A stretch of DNA of 63,883 nt, counting the filler, from Hausera hauseri (lineage: Eukaryota), in assembly GCA_046269625.1 (NCBI GenBank). It is 11 parts of 11 records of this genome, joined end to end, with 100 filler letters (N's around TTAATTAATTAA, not from the genome) between each part and the next. Parts side by side here need not be neighbours in the genome. Positions count along the whole stretch, not along the records: positions 1 to 3,951 come from JBJURY010863187.1; positions 4,052 to 14,627 come from JBJURY010169973.1; 9 more parts are not named here. One strand, written 5' to 3'. The translations under genes and the position numbers were made by a program. How positions within the stretch are numbered: position 1 is the stretch's first letter; every line of letters begins with the position of its first letter. The notes under the pieces were generated by a model. The model worked only from the letters and a program-made list of their open reading frames with translations. It did no database searches and was not told the DNA's origin. Of the stretch, positions 1 through 11,968 are shown piece after piece.

Positions 1-309
1 GTGAATTACATCAGTTTGGGTCGGAATGCGGATTTCGTTGAGACGTACAAACAGGACTTTGAGTCTAATGATTTTGTATACACATGCAATCTATTGTGCG
101 CAATATAGGTTTGCTGCACAAAAACATCAACAATGACATCGATGGATTTGTTCACGTCCACCTATCCATTCTTCATCTTTGTACTAACACCAGATTATGA
201 CGTTGAACAGACTCAACTACCTCAGAATGGAAATCTGAGACTGGAGGTTGACTTTGCTAAAGCGTTGGTGCAGTTTACGGAGATATGCTTGATGCTGGGG
301 TTGAAATGA
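1..309 (+). pseudogene. C-terminus of Polinton/adintovirus double-jelly-roll major capsid protein
   Basis: Frame 1 reads ...YPFFIFVLTPDYDVEQTQLPQNGNLRLEVDFAKAL..., matching the Polinton MCP motif F.FDLTPD...GNLRLEx.F..AL; internal stop at 106-108. Confidence 0.75.
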
Positions 310-372
310 CGAAAACCGCACCGTCATTATATAAATAAAATCCGCTGTCTTGGTATTATGGAGTAATTTACT

Positions 373-724
373 TTGATTACTACTACCATTATGCTTAAAC
401 CGCATGTTACATTGAGCTCAATCACTACGGAAAACTGCTCTTGGGTGCGAACTTTCGTGTCGTGTTTCCACTGGATGGTGTGCCGCGTGATTTACGACGC
501 GGTGGCTTTATTGCCAATACAGAGTTCATCGTTGCCGGGCGAACATTGGATTGCTGTGTACGTGCTCCATTCGACCAACGTCGTCACAGTAATCGATCCG
601 CCACGCGTCATCGTTAGTTTATCATATTGAAAGACAATAACCATCGTCATATCGTGTTGAATACAAGCGATTTCATTATCAACATCCACTGATCGTATTG
701 TGTGGACATTACTGCATCCTGTGA
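373..724 (+). pseudogene. Adenain-like (C5) cysteine protease of a Polinton, frameshifted
   Basis: SSLPGEHWIAVY (catalytic His) in ORF 373-630, and YQHPLIVLCGHYCIL (Gln and catalytic Cys) at about 676-721; directly follows the MCP. Confidence 0.8.
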
Positions 725-959
725 CTAACGTTACAGACGCTTGGATGAACAATGATTATACTTTGTGTTCATTTTGAGAGAAATACAATATTTTGTTACA
801 CATGCGTTATTATTGCCATTTCGCCCCTTTGCTACACGCATACACACACGTCACAACTCATTATTTCGTTTTGCATGCAGGCATGTCTGGCGCGTAACAC
901 ACACTTGTTTCACGTCACGCCTCACCACTGCACGTGTCAACTCGTCGTCGTCGTAACCG

Positions 960-1320
960 GGCTTTGTCTTCTGCGACACGCAAAACCGACCGCACCACTG
1001 AACTCGCCGTTGTCGATTGATAACAAACAGTTCATTTACCAGCGCTAACATCAATGGTTCCATTGTGAAATTCACCTGCGTTTCCATTGGCGCCACATTT
1101 TCTTCTCTTTGACTGACTTTCCCGTTTTCCTAGACACGCGAAACCATGTTTCCTACATCATTCGAACGCTCGTACTCTACTCTACACTTTCTCCTATCCA
1201 TCCCTGCTCAAATTTTGATCCTGGAAAAAGTTCGCTTTTTTCTTTTGCATTTCCTGGCTTTGTCTTTTGCGACACGCAAAATCCGACCACACCACTAAAC
1301 TCGCCGTTGTCGAATTGACC
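960..1320 (+). repeat. Two diverged ~60-bp direct repeats (about 960-1020 and 1256-1318)
   Basis: GCTTTGTCTTyTGCGACACGCAAAA..CCGACCrCACCACTrAACTCGCCGTTGTCGA occurs twice. Confidence 0.85.
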
Positions 1321-1399
1321 AATCAGCATGCGAGCCGCTTGTGGTTGGTCAATTGCTGCGTGAATGGACTCCCCTTTGGTCTAGTCCTCTCTTTTTTCC

Positions 1400-1985
1400 C
1401 CTACTATGACAGAATTTTAACAATGCGTTTTTTCGGTTCGTTTTTTCGTTCGGTTGCCATTTTCACCCGGATCCTTTAGTCCGATCGTGAGGCGGCTATA
1501 ATATGAAATGCTCAACTACTGATGGGCTATGAGCTGAACCAATTTCCACCGCCGTTTGACTTGTGTAAGGGAAAATTTTCCACATGTTCCCATGGTTTGA
1601 CCGAGTTGCAACCGTGTCCATTGCATTCGCCAACATCGATTTACCCTCTGTACACATTTTCTCAGTGCTAGCAACATGTTTCGCGTTACACGTGGGCATT
1701 TCCTGTTTTGCTTCTCCCTCTTCTAGCGCCTCTCCCTTACATTTCTGCAAGCCGCACGGCTATTAACTTTTGCTCAGCTCGTCAAGCTCTACCGATCTGA
1801 GTCGATCCGATGTCCAAAGTTTCTTCCCACGGGAGGTGGGGGTCGTGAAAAAATTTTCGAAATAGCCAATTAGGTGGGGAAAACCAGTCAACTGAACAAT
1901 CAGAGAAGTGCCATGGAGTGCTCACTGGTCGACTGACCAATCAGAGAAGTGCGGTGGAGCGCTCACTCCCCCTACTTCTAACCAT
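1400..1985 (-). repeat. Probable Polinton terminal/subterminal region, homologous to 54390-54960
   Basis: Reverse complement aligns colinearly with contig 10 (GCTCCACCsCACTT, CAAAAGTTAAyAGC, GGGAACATG, TATArCCGCCTCACGATC, ATCCGGGTGAAAA); lies downstream of MCP-PRO. The TIR identity is inferred. Confidence 0.5.
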
Positions 1986-2299
1986 TTGACTTTCCGACCA
2001 AAATTATTCGGAAACTCGGTAAAAAGAAATTCGAGTTCGAAAGTTTTTTTGAAAAATTTGTCTCACCTATACCATCTTGTATAAAATTCGAAAATACATT
2101 TTGACTTTTTCAAAAATTTTCGAATTTGCACTGAATTCGGATAGTGCAGCACTTTCGAAGTGCTAAAATCGATGGTGCCCTGGAGGGGGATTATCTCACT
2201 TCGTAAAATATTTAAAAATTAAAAAATGTAAATTTAAAAAAATGATTTTATATTGATTATCGATCCCGGGGTATTTGGTCCAGTGCATTCCTTTTCATC

Positions 2300-3951
2300 T
2301 TATGTGGTCGGTATTACGGATAGTTCTCAGTGCGGAAAGCCGCTTATGGTCTATTTCAAAATATGGTGACAATCATAACTCCTGAAGTTATGAAATACCA
2401 CCGGCACAAATGGCCGCACAGGCCGCGCCAAATTGCATGAATTACATGTCACTCCTAGGACTCGACCGGTAAAATGGTCGTGATCCGGTACGAGCCGTTC
2501 CTGTGCATCAAACGGTAATATTTTGTTGCACAGGTAACACTTATCTGTGACCAAACGTCAGGCGTTCATCTTCAATTGTCCAGATCACGGGTTTTGTGCT
2601 ATTATCGCAATACCACAGTATAATTTCAGTTTCCACTATGGTTTGCAACTGTTGCAAGAAATCGCGTACATAATTCCATCTGTGGAAAACATTATATTGA
2701 GGTTGACTGCGGTTTTTATTGCGACAACCAACATATCGACGGCGATTGGAACATATTTTTGGCCATATGTTCTGCCGTGGTAAGATAGCTTCTATATCGG
2801 CATATACTACATATGCCAAACTGTCTGTTTTTGACCAATCAGTGACCCTGAGTTCCTTTTGACGGACATGACATACATTGCGGTTCCTGACGAATTTTAT
2901 CTGCACAGAGTCACATGTTTCTCCCATGTTGTTTCTGATTTGAATCCATGAAGACATACATGACTCCATTTACATTGTATGCGTTTTTGGAGGAAATGGA
3001 CTTGCGTGATGTTCAGCAGTATGTCCAGATTTATCACTGCAACGTAATGATACTTTTCATTTTGCTCCAATAGCAACAAATTTACTGAATGGACATTTGG
3101 TTTCTGACTACGATAGATTATATCCACATGAGGATTTTTGTAAATTTCTTCATCCGCCGGTATTTCTATTATTGTATTGTATCAGAAGACGTTGATTGCC
3201 AGTGTCGGATTACGCCGTTCAAATGCCGGAATAGATTTGAGATTCATCGGCATCCAGCATCCAGCATCCATCGTAATTTAATTCGGAAAAATATTTCTGA
3301 TACTGATTTGGACGATATGTACTGTCTGTCCACTTGGTGATATTTCAATACCGTCCGGATACTGTAAAGTAAACAGTATTTTTTACATTCAATACCGCCA
3401 GAGACTGCTTCAGAGCTATAGGTATCGGAATGAATGATCGGCCAGACAAATATATTGCCACTCGAATTTGTTTTGATAAAGCTGAGGGTGGCAATTTGTA
3501 TAATTCGCCATACACTACCCTTTTCCGTGTAGTTGGCGATATTCTCCTCGAACTCTTCGCCTACATCGACAATAAAATCTTATGCGTATGGTAAGGCTCG
3601 ATGTGACAGGTACCATTGTTTCCTGTCACCTTCAACGTTTTCAAATTCTGCAAGTGCATAATATTGCATTTTGCAGTGTTGGAATTTGGCCACCTCTGTT
3701 TTCAACCGGTTACGCACATGAGCGGGCACATCCTTCAATTGCGTTTCTGTTTTCGCCGCCATGTCCACCTTCATGTCCACGTAGGATCTATTCAGATCGT
3801 ACTTGACTGTAATGCTGGGAACACTGTTGACCTCCTGTTCTTGTTGATGCTGTTCCTGCTGCTTCTGCTGCTGGGTGCTGTTTCTGATTATTAAGTCGTC
3901 AAGACTTGTTGAGGCCTGCCGTTTTCTACTGGTTGTTGTTGTTGTTGTTGT
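2300..3951 (-). pseudogene. Polinton protein-primed DNA polymerase B, N-terminal half, decayed and 3'-truncated
   Basis: CYLC..DHDHFTGRVLGVTCNSCNL (endonuclease VII-like insert), VVFHNFRSYDCH (Exo II), VVYADIEA (Exo I); colinear paralog of about 15050-16730. Confidence 0.9.
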
Positions 3952-4051
3952 NNNNNNNNNNNNNNNNNNNNNNNNNNNNNNNNNNNNNNNNNNNNTTAAT
4001 TAATTAANNNNNNNNNNNNNNNNNNNNNNNNNNNNNNNNNNNNNNNNNNNN
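3952..4051. other. Artificial contig linker (N44-TTAATTAATTAA-N44); same linker at 14628-14727, 19286-19385, 25505-25604, 29640-29739, 38875-38973, 43610-43709, 48417-48516, 53645-53744, 57757-57856
   Basis: Near-identical ~100-bp N spacer with a six-frame stop 12-mer occurs ten times; sequence character changes across the linkers. Confidence 0.98.
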
Positions 4052-4059
4052 GCTTATAA

Positions 4060-4200
4060 GGCTGAGTTCACTTGAAACTCTTCAGACTGAAGAAGTCTCT
4101 TGGAGGAGAGACGAAACGTTTCACTAAAAGAAGAACACGTCCAGAGGACCTACTTATTTTTTCTTTTTTGATTTTTTCTACCCGGATTACTGAGATGCAT
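4060..4200 (+). mobile_element. Penelope-like element terminal fragment with minimal hammerhead ribozyme core (4087-4123)
   Basis: CTGAAGA-A-GTCTCT tggagg AGAGAC-GAAACGTTTC: CUGAnGA, stem II, GAAA and a palindromic stem III, as in fish Penelope pLTRs. Confidence 0.7.
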
Positions 4201-4329
4201 CAGGAAAAAGTTTCAGTAGTGGGTTCATCCCACAGTTCGCCACACTCTCAGAACCTCTAAGGCATTTAACCTGAAAAGTGACAAGATTTATGTTTGGACA
4301 GTAGTAAGAAAACAGCCTTTGAACTTTAA

Positions 4330-4969
4330 ACTGAGTTATCCAGAGCAGGGACTCTAGCTTATTTTGAGAAAGAGGCCCCAACCAAAATTATTGTAGATGA
4401 GAGCCCAGTTGGACTCGGTACAGTTTTGACACAAGAACAGAAAGGGGGAGAGGTACAAATATGTTATGTAAGTCGTAGCTTAACAGACTGTGAACGCAGG
4501 TACTCTCAGACAGAAAAAGAAGCCTTAGCGCTGGTATGGGCGTGCAAAAGGTTATACCCATATAAACATGGTAGAAAATTTGACCTAGTCACAGACCATA
4601 AGCCCTTAGAGGTCATATACACCCAGCGATCCAAGCCATGTGCACGGATCGAGAGATGGGTTATTCGATTACAACCATATGACTTTAAAGTGGTGTACAT
4701 TGTCGGAAAGCTAAACATTGCAGACTCTTTATCTTATGTTTATGTTGACAGACAAGACAACACAAGAAACTCACAAATACGAGTCAGAGGAGTATGTGAG
4801 ATTTATTGCAGTAAATGCAACCCCAAAATCACTTACTACCAGAGAAGTCGAGGAAGCATCTGCCACAGATCCAGAGTTAACAGAGGTGCAAAGAGCGATT
4901 GAAAATGGACATTTTGAGAAATGCAAAAAATATGCACCTATTGCAAATGAACTGTGTGTGATAGGACAC
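4330..4969 (+). pseudogene. Ty3/Gypsy pol fragment (RNase H and linker), teleost
   Basis: IVDESPVGLGTVLTQ...YVSRSLTDCERRYSQTEKEALALVWAC...TDHKPL...RIERW...NIADSLS. Confidence 0.9.
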
Positions 4970-5979
4970 AGGGAGTTTAAACGAAAGTTCAACTCTGGAA
5001 GACTCTTAACCTCACCTGCTCCTGCTGCCTCCACGTCTCAAGCTCAGCTGCATCAAATCATCGCAAACCCAGTCACGTCCAATCAGGTCCTGCCTTCCAG
5101 CGGATACAAGCCAGCTGACTCAACGCCCCGTCCTCACGCCAGCTGATTGTCAAATTCAGCCCTCAACATGTCAGACTTCAAGTCAGATGATCCTATTGGG
5201 TCCTCGATCTTTCCCTCCGAGGATCCGCTCTACTCCCCTCTTCTCCACTCGGCGAAGCGCCCAATTGGCTGCACGCTCAGCCCCATCGTCACCATCTGCG
5301 CTCCTCCGGGCTAAAGGTATTAATCTGCTCCCCTGCCTAACAGCGATTCTTCTTCATCTCCTCTCCCTCGGACCTCATCTCTTCCACCTCCTGCAGCCCC
5401 TTCGGGCAAGCGGTCTTGTAAATCCTCCAATCCTCAACCAAAACATCGCCGAGGCAGGCCAGCGTCTGCTCTTCCACATTCTCACGCCTCACCCGGCCCC
5501 TCCTCTGCCCGGGTCCAAGGCTCCTTTCATCCTGCAGCCACGCTAGCTTCGGCTCCTGAGGCCAGCGCTCCTCCGGCGGATTTTCAACCTGCTCCGCCCC
5601 CTCCAGCGACATCCAGCACCTCTCCAACATGCTCGTGGCCTCCATGAGTTCGCTCCAACGCTCCATATCCACACTCGCCTCTCGCCTGCAGCAACCCGGC
5701 TATTCCAGCACCGCACAGGCCACTTCCTCCTTCCCTCCAGCTCCGTCCTCGTCTCTACCTGGTTCGCAGCCCCTCCCCTCGACGTTCACGTGCACTCTGG
5801 CGAATGCCTGTCCAGGGCTGTCCTTAGGTAAGACGTACTCATCCATAACTCATTCATATTTTTCTGCCTAACTTCATAACTTCATTCATACTTATCTGGC
5901 CCCCACCTCCCCACCCTCATTAGGCAGGACCTACACACCCATTCACGCAAATATATCATCCAGACTGTGTTCTAAAATT

Positions 5980-6620
5980 CTTCAGGGCCAGTATATTAAC
6001 CTCGTGTCCATTATTTTGGCCTCCCCTGAAGTTGACCAGCATGTAGCTCCTGCTGAGGGCTTTTCAGCCATCCTTAAAACTTCAGATCCCCGTCTTACCA
6101 AAGACCTCTCTATTGGCCAGTTTTTAGCCGCTTTTAGCTTGTATAGAGACGTAATCTGCTCCATGTATCCTGATCACCGACAGGAATTAGATTCCTATCT
6201 AGCTCTTATCGCTGATCTTCACCTCAAATACAGCAGGTCCATTTTCTATCAATATCACAAAGCATTTGCCGCCAAAGCTGCTACACTCCTTGCTCAGTCT
6301 GGGCTAACTCTGGACTGGTCCATTCTGGACACAGAAATTCTAATCATGCTGACCCAAGCAGCTTCTTGCCATCTCTGCGGTACCATAGGCCACCAAAGCT
6401 CTCTCTGCCCTACTCTTCCTTTCAGTTGTCGCCAACCTACCAGTCCTCCTCCCAGCTTTCAAAATGTTGGAAGGTAGAACTGTATAATAACTGTATTATA
6501 ATAATCCCATTTGTAATAATTTTAACGAAAGCATTTGCGCTTTCTCAAACTGTCGTCTCCTCCACATTTGCAGTTTTTGCAAAGACGCCCACCCCAAACA
6601 CGCATGCCCCCGCCGCACCA
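5980..6620 (+). pseudogene. Ngaro-type gag-like ORF C-terminal region with zinc fingers
   Basis: ELDSYL...FYQYHKAF...DWSILDTE, CHLCGTIGHQSSLCP and ICNNFNESICAFSNCRLLHICSFCKDAHPKHACP. Confidence 0.75.
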
Positions 6621-6659
6621 GCTTCAGCAAAAATTGGCATTTCAGTTGTTTATAAGTCG

Positions 6660-7209
6660 TTCCCTTTCCAGTTCATTTTTGTTAGCCTTCTTCGGTTTTT
6701 GTTGTTTGTTTTTTTTGCGCCTAAGCGAGTTTACAACTCCCTACAAAGTTTTGTTTCATCTAGGGACTTGGCATTTTCAGACCTTAAGTCCCACCCTGAC
6801 CATTATAGCCTCTTTCTAACACTCAAAAGGAAAAGGTGCATGTTATATTGCAATAGCTCGCCTAGACGGGGCTGTCTGCCCCTTTCACGCCATGTTTAGA
6901 TTTGCTCTAAAACGTCACAACTTTGCCTCTCCCCTTATGCCTTTACTTCTCACTCCCGAAGGTCTGCCTATGTCCTCCTCTTGGTTCCTCAAAAGGTTGA
7001 GAGAGATCTTAGCTTCCTGCAACCTTCCCCCTAGCCTTTTTTCAGGTCACTCTTTTAGGATAGGGGCAGCAAATTTCGCCGCCACCCTAGGCTTTCCCTC
7101 AGTTTTCCTCCAACAACTCAACCGATGGTCTTCATCCGCCTTCTCCTCCTTCATTTGTCCGGATCTGTCCTCCGTCTTAGCTGCACAAGGTTCTCTAAGC
7201 TTTAGGTAA
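6660..7209 (+). pseudogene. Tyrosine recombinase of the Ngaro/DIRS element, frameshifted
   Basis: LLAFFGF..LRLSEF (catalytic Arg box) and FSGHSFRIGAA...RWSSSAF (HxxR box; catalytic Tyr region degenerate). Confidence 0.85.
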
Positions 7210-7469
7210 GCTTAATTGCAACTCGCTGGTGGTGGTTTGGTGTCTCTCTTTATTAATTCCTTCCTGTCAATGAAATAGTCTCCCTCTGCTTCCTTCTCTG
7301 ACTTCTTGCTCAGCCCTATACCCCATAACCTTCGTCTCAATTCATCGTCCAAATCCACTCAGCCGGTTCAGCTACGCCGCTCCCAGGCAGCCCACAGCTC
7401 GACCTCGTAAGTACCCCTGCTTTAGTAGGCTCCTTAGTTAACCCCCCTAGCATCCTTCACTTTCACCCG

Positions 7470-7596
7470 CAGCAGCCGGCCTTCATCTACCGGCACACAC
7501 CGACATCCACAGCAGCCGGCCTTCATCTACCGGCACACACCGACATCCACAGCAGCCAGCCTTCATCTGACAGGTCACACTGACATCCTCAGCAGA
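7470..7596 (+). repeat. Three tandem ~40-bp repeats in the 3' region of the Ngaro-like element
   Basis: CAGCAGCCGGCCTTCATCTACCGGCACACACCGACATCCA twice exactly, plus one diverged copy. Confidence 0.9.
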
Positions 7597-7686
7597 TAGT
7601 TTCCATCTCTAGCTTGCAGTTCCACTGCGCTCCTCCTGAAATCCCATATCCTTCACTCAGCCATAACTCGCGGCTTCGACTTAAAT

Positions 7687-8371
7687 CTCAGAGGAGCAAG
7701 AGCAGTTGTGTTAGCACATAAAGGACATTTAGGAATAGTAGGAACAAAACAACGTCTCAGAACAAAAGTATGGTGGCCTGGCATGGACAAAGCAGCAGAA
7801 AAATACTTGTATTAGTAGATTATTACATTTGCTATTATGAGTATGAGGTGTTATTATCTACAACTGCAGAGAAAGTCATTGACATAGAAATGGCCTACCA
7901 GTTGCTGTCAAGTCAGACAATGGTCCGCAGTTCAAATCTGAATTATTCAGAAAATACTGTGTGAGTAATGGAATCAAAAATGTGAGAACAACACCACAGT
8001 AGGCTCAAGCCAATGGAGAAGTGGAATGTCAAAATGCATCACTGATGAAGAGGATCAGGATTGCACAAGCTGAAGGATCAGACTGGAAACGGGAACTGAG
8101 GAAATATGTTACAGCATACTGCAGTGTTGAACATTCAACGATAGGAAAAAATCCAGCAGAACTGTTATTCAACAGAAAAATGAAGGGAAAGTTACTAAAC
8201 ATAAACAAGACGAACACAGTTGCACTGGATGTGCGTGACAGAGCTGCAGAACAAAAAGGAAAGGCAAAAATTTATATGTATACCAGAAGAGGAGCTCAAT
8301 ATTCAGAAGTTGACCTAGGAGATACAGTGCTGGTTCAACAAGACAAAGTGCACAAGTTCAACATTGTTTAA
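7687..8371 (+). pseudogene. Ty3/Gypsy integrase remnant (continuation of 4330-4969)
   Basis: LAHKGHLGIVGTKQRLRTKVWWPGMD, SDNGPQF, QANGEVECQN, PAELLFNRK. Confidence 0.88.
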
Positions 8372-8577
8372 TGCATCACCACCAGGGGTGGAAATTAAAA
8401 ATGTTCCCCACCAGCCACAGTGGCTGGTAGACAGATTTTTGTACCGGCCTCTCAAACTTTTTACCAGCCACTACTTTTTTTGTTTCTCTAACGCAGTAAC
8501 ATTTAGACAATTCATGGTTCTTGGTCTATTCACATTGTTTGTATTTATAATCAGATAATGGCACTCAATATTTATTA

Positions 8578-8710
8578 CAGGGTTCCCACGGGTCCTTGAA
8601 ATCCTTGAAAGTTTGTGAATTTGAAAAAATTATTTCAAGGCCCTTGAAAGTTTGTGAAAACAGCCAAAAATTATTCTTGTCCTTGAAAGTACTTGAAATT
8701 TTTGGGGGGA
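8578..8710 (+). mobile_element. Probable end of a non-autonomous hAT-like DNA transposon
   Basis: Starts CAGGGTTCCCACGGG with subterminal CCTTGAAA repeats; other CAGGG-type ends near 8382 and, inverted, near 11221. Confidence 0.45.
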
Positions 8711-11700
8711 TTGAAGTTCTCTATTCACATGACTGATTTTCATGATCTGTGAATAATGAAATAAAATAAAAACTTAATGTTGCGGTGGAAAACTCAGGAT
8801 TACGGTAAACTGACGTGGCTTTCAACGAATAACGTGAGCAATAGTCATAGTTTTACCCAATCAGAGCCGAGTAGGGCGGGTCGTTCTTTCTGAGCCCAGG
8901 TGAAAGTACCACAGCTTCTCCTGTCCTCACCGAGCAGCAGCTTCTGGATGTGTTTACATCCCCTCCTCCTGCACTGAGCTGCTGAACCCGGGCCCGGCAT
9001 GGCTAATCGGGAGAATCTGGACTTCTCCCGGTGGGCGGGTCTGATATTTGGGCCGAAAGGGCCAGTAAAGTGTTAGTTATTGATCAGATACTGCTACCGG
9101 TGTCCCTGTTCTGCCGGGCAATTATATGATACAATGTCCTGGCTTAGACGCAGGGCTGCCTCCGCCTCCAGCTAGGAGCGCTCGTCGTTTTTTTCCTTTT
9201 TTGTTGTTGTTTTGCGCTCTGATGTAACACATTAGCACACGCGGTCAGTCGTGTTTAAAAGATGGAAGGAGCGAGCGTGGCGCGGAGAAAGTTAGAATTA
9301 AAAAGAGGAAAACTCTGGAAATGGATGCAGCTAAATGTGCTAAATTAGCAACTTTTTCAGTAAAAGAAGGTCGTGGTTTGAGTGTAAGAAATTTCAGGTT
9401 ATTCGTGTTCGTTCACCAGGAAGTGTGCGAGGAATATGCTGAAAATGTACCAGTGCATGAAAAGAAACAATTACGAGTGATACTCATTCGTTTAAAGAGC
9501 TCTTGAGAAGACTCGTTTATTAACGGAGCGTTCTGGCCCCCATCCGGAAATGAAATCAGTTTTAACAAGACTCACTGAGACGTGGCCCCACCTTCTGATT
9601 ACGTCATATGCAGGGGAACCTATCCTACAGGGGACCACGCCTCCAGACACAGAATACTTCCTCTTAGTGAGAACTCCAAAACTTAATTATGTGTTGAGAT
9701 TTTTCCAGGCATGTAGCTACTTTATAAAGAATCAATTCAAGAAAAATGGTCACAGTTAACAATTCAGTACAGGTCAGCTAATCATAAAACTATACCCTGT
9801 GTGTGCAATATAAAATCAGTATTTGACCTCAGCCCAATAAATTTCTTCATGAGGATGATGAAACAAAATGTAAAGAATCACTGAAAATTAATCAATTTTA
9901 AATGTAAATACATTCTAAAAAAATGTATTAACAATAGTTTAAAGAGATATATATTATAGAAATCTACATTGTTTTAGTTTAATCAGTCAGACTTTAACAC
10001 AGCTGACACAATAACTTGGTGAAATATAGTGATGTGCTTATTTTCAACATGTTAATAAAAGGATCTCCATGTTCTGGAAAAATCTCCTTGAAACAAGAGA
10101 AAACCTATGTTTTTAAGAAAATGGCTACTTATCGATTAATATTCGTAAATCGATCGATAAGATTAGTCAACTTTAGATTAATTCATTAATTGATAACTTG
10201 CATCAATAATAAAAGCTGCAAAACAAAGTTCTGTTTAGTGAAAGTGGTTCTGTTGATGAAGTTGTTTTTATAACTGTGTGCAGAAGTGATGCTGTTATCA
10301 AAGTATTTTAATATGTAAGTAATATCAGACATGTTATCAGTTCTCAGAGCTTGTAGTTGATCTCATTAATCATGTCTCTGAATGGTTTCTGTCACACAGG
10401 CTCTGTGCAGAAGTAGACCATGTTTTTGGCCATTTTCTGTGCAGTTTGTTTCATTTTGAAGCTAATCTACATGGAACATCTGTGTACATGTGTACTCTGT
10501 GATTTAAAAGCTAGTTGTAGTTTATTTAGTAATAGAACTAGTTTTATAAGTATTTTTCTTATTCGGTAAGGACATTTACATGTTAGCTGTACTCAACAGG
10601 TACATTGTTCTATGAATAATTTGTTACATTTATCTGGTTACAGTTGATTTAGGCTGTAGAATAATCTGTGGTTCCTCAGGTTTATGAAGGTAACTTGTTC
10701 TGTGGGTTTCTCAGCTGTTGGGTGTTATGTGGTGCAGAGGATGTGTTGTGATTAAAGATGAATGATGCAGTAAAAACTAACTTGATGGTGCTGTAACTAT
10801 TTTAATTGGGCAACCTGGTTTCTAAAGATAAAAATAAATATATCTGTAATATCATTAAGTGTAGAAAAAAAATCAGGCAACAGATTGCTTTACATAGATG
10901 ATAACTTCTGTCAATGGTTAGTTTTTGTTTGTTTGGCACTGCATTGTTGCTGTTTCCTGTGTGTAGTTAATGTGTGTAACAGCACATGAATCATTTGCGC
11001 ACCATCTTCTTACAAGTGAATTGGTGAGTTGAATAATTACATCTCCATGTATTGTGGATAGGAGTGTAGGGTAAACATTTAATCCACCTTATTTCATTGA
11101 TTCTCAACAACTCTTGAGTTTTTTATTGAATTTACATGATATTAAAACCGTTTATAGGGTTTGGAGGGGGGCCCATGAGCCTCAGTGCCCAGGGGCCCCT
11201 AGGGTTACTACTCCAGCCCTGAGCGCAGGGGAACGTCCAGCATCTCCTGGAAAAGATGAAGAGCATGGTGAAGAGAGGTTTGCTTCTCAGCTTTTGTTGA
11301 GCTCAAACAGAAACAACGTGCTGTTAAAGTTCAAATATTAGTTTTCCACACAATCATTTTGTTGTTTGCTCTAAATGAGAGGCAGCAGCTGTTTAAAGGG
11401 AAACATGAGGCTTTTCCTGTGTGTTAGCAAAATATCTTCTGAAAGACCGAAGTGAAACAGGAAATGATCAGCAGACGTTCATCAGCTGATTTGTTTTTCT
11501 TCTTTTGAAGCTGAAGTTCAATGAATTCCCTCATGTGACATGTTATCTTAATGAGGACCTGATGAGAAGCAGAACATTAGATTTGTTTCTGAGCAGAGTT
11601 CTTTTTAAACTTGAACAAACCGGAAGAATTCTTCTGTCTTTCAAACAGACAAACTGTTTTCATGAATATTCTGAGCTGAAACCAGATCAGGTTGGACCTC

Positions 11701-11861
11701 CTGAACCAGACTAACCGGATCCTCGTCTTTAAAACATGTTTTTACATGAAGCGTCACTCCATTCTTCAGGTAAACTCACCTGTAGACCCCTGCTGGCTGC
11801 AGAGAGAACTGCAGCTGGGTGGGTGGAGCCAGGTGAACAGACCTCACCTGTGTGGCTGTTG

Positions 11862-11968
11862 GCCAATCACATCACTTCATCTACCTGAAACTGAAAGTTT
11901 CAGAGTTCAGACTCCATTTTCTGACAGAGGAAACAAACTGGAACATTTTGAGTTCAAACTTGGTGAGT
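11862..11968 (+). promoter_or_regulatory. Candidate promoter and first non-coding exon of the NLR-like gene (CCAAT, ISRE-like GAAACTGAAAG, donor GTGAGT)
   Basis: CCAAT at 11863, GAAANNGAAA at 11887-11896, and a TTG/GTGAGT donor at about 11963, upstream of the NLR-type coding exons. Confidence 0.4.

Larger units (their letters stand above)
4970..7686 (+). mobile_element. Ngaro/DIRS-like tyrosine-recombinase retroelement, internally deleted, inserted into the Gypsy pol
   Basis: C/T-rich block with gag-like and YR ORFs; Gypsy pol breaks at NELCVIGH (4969) and resumes at LRGAR..LAHKGH (7687). Confidence 0.8.

Noticed and set aside
3996-4007. Recurrent TTAATTAATTAA motif and ORFs that run into it
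   Set aside because: Artificial six-frame stop linker; adjacency across linkers is not biological, so no Polinton-retroelement composite is claimed.
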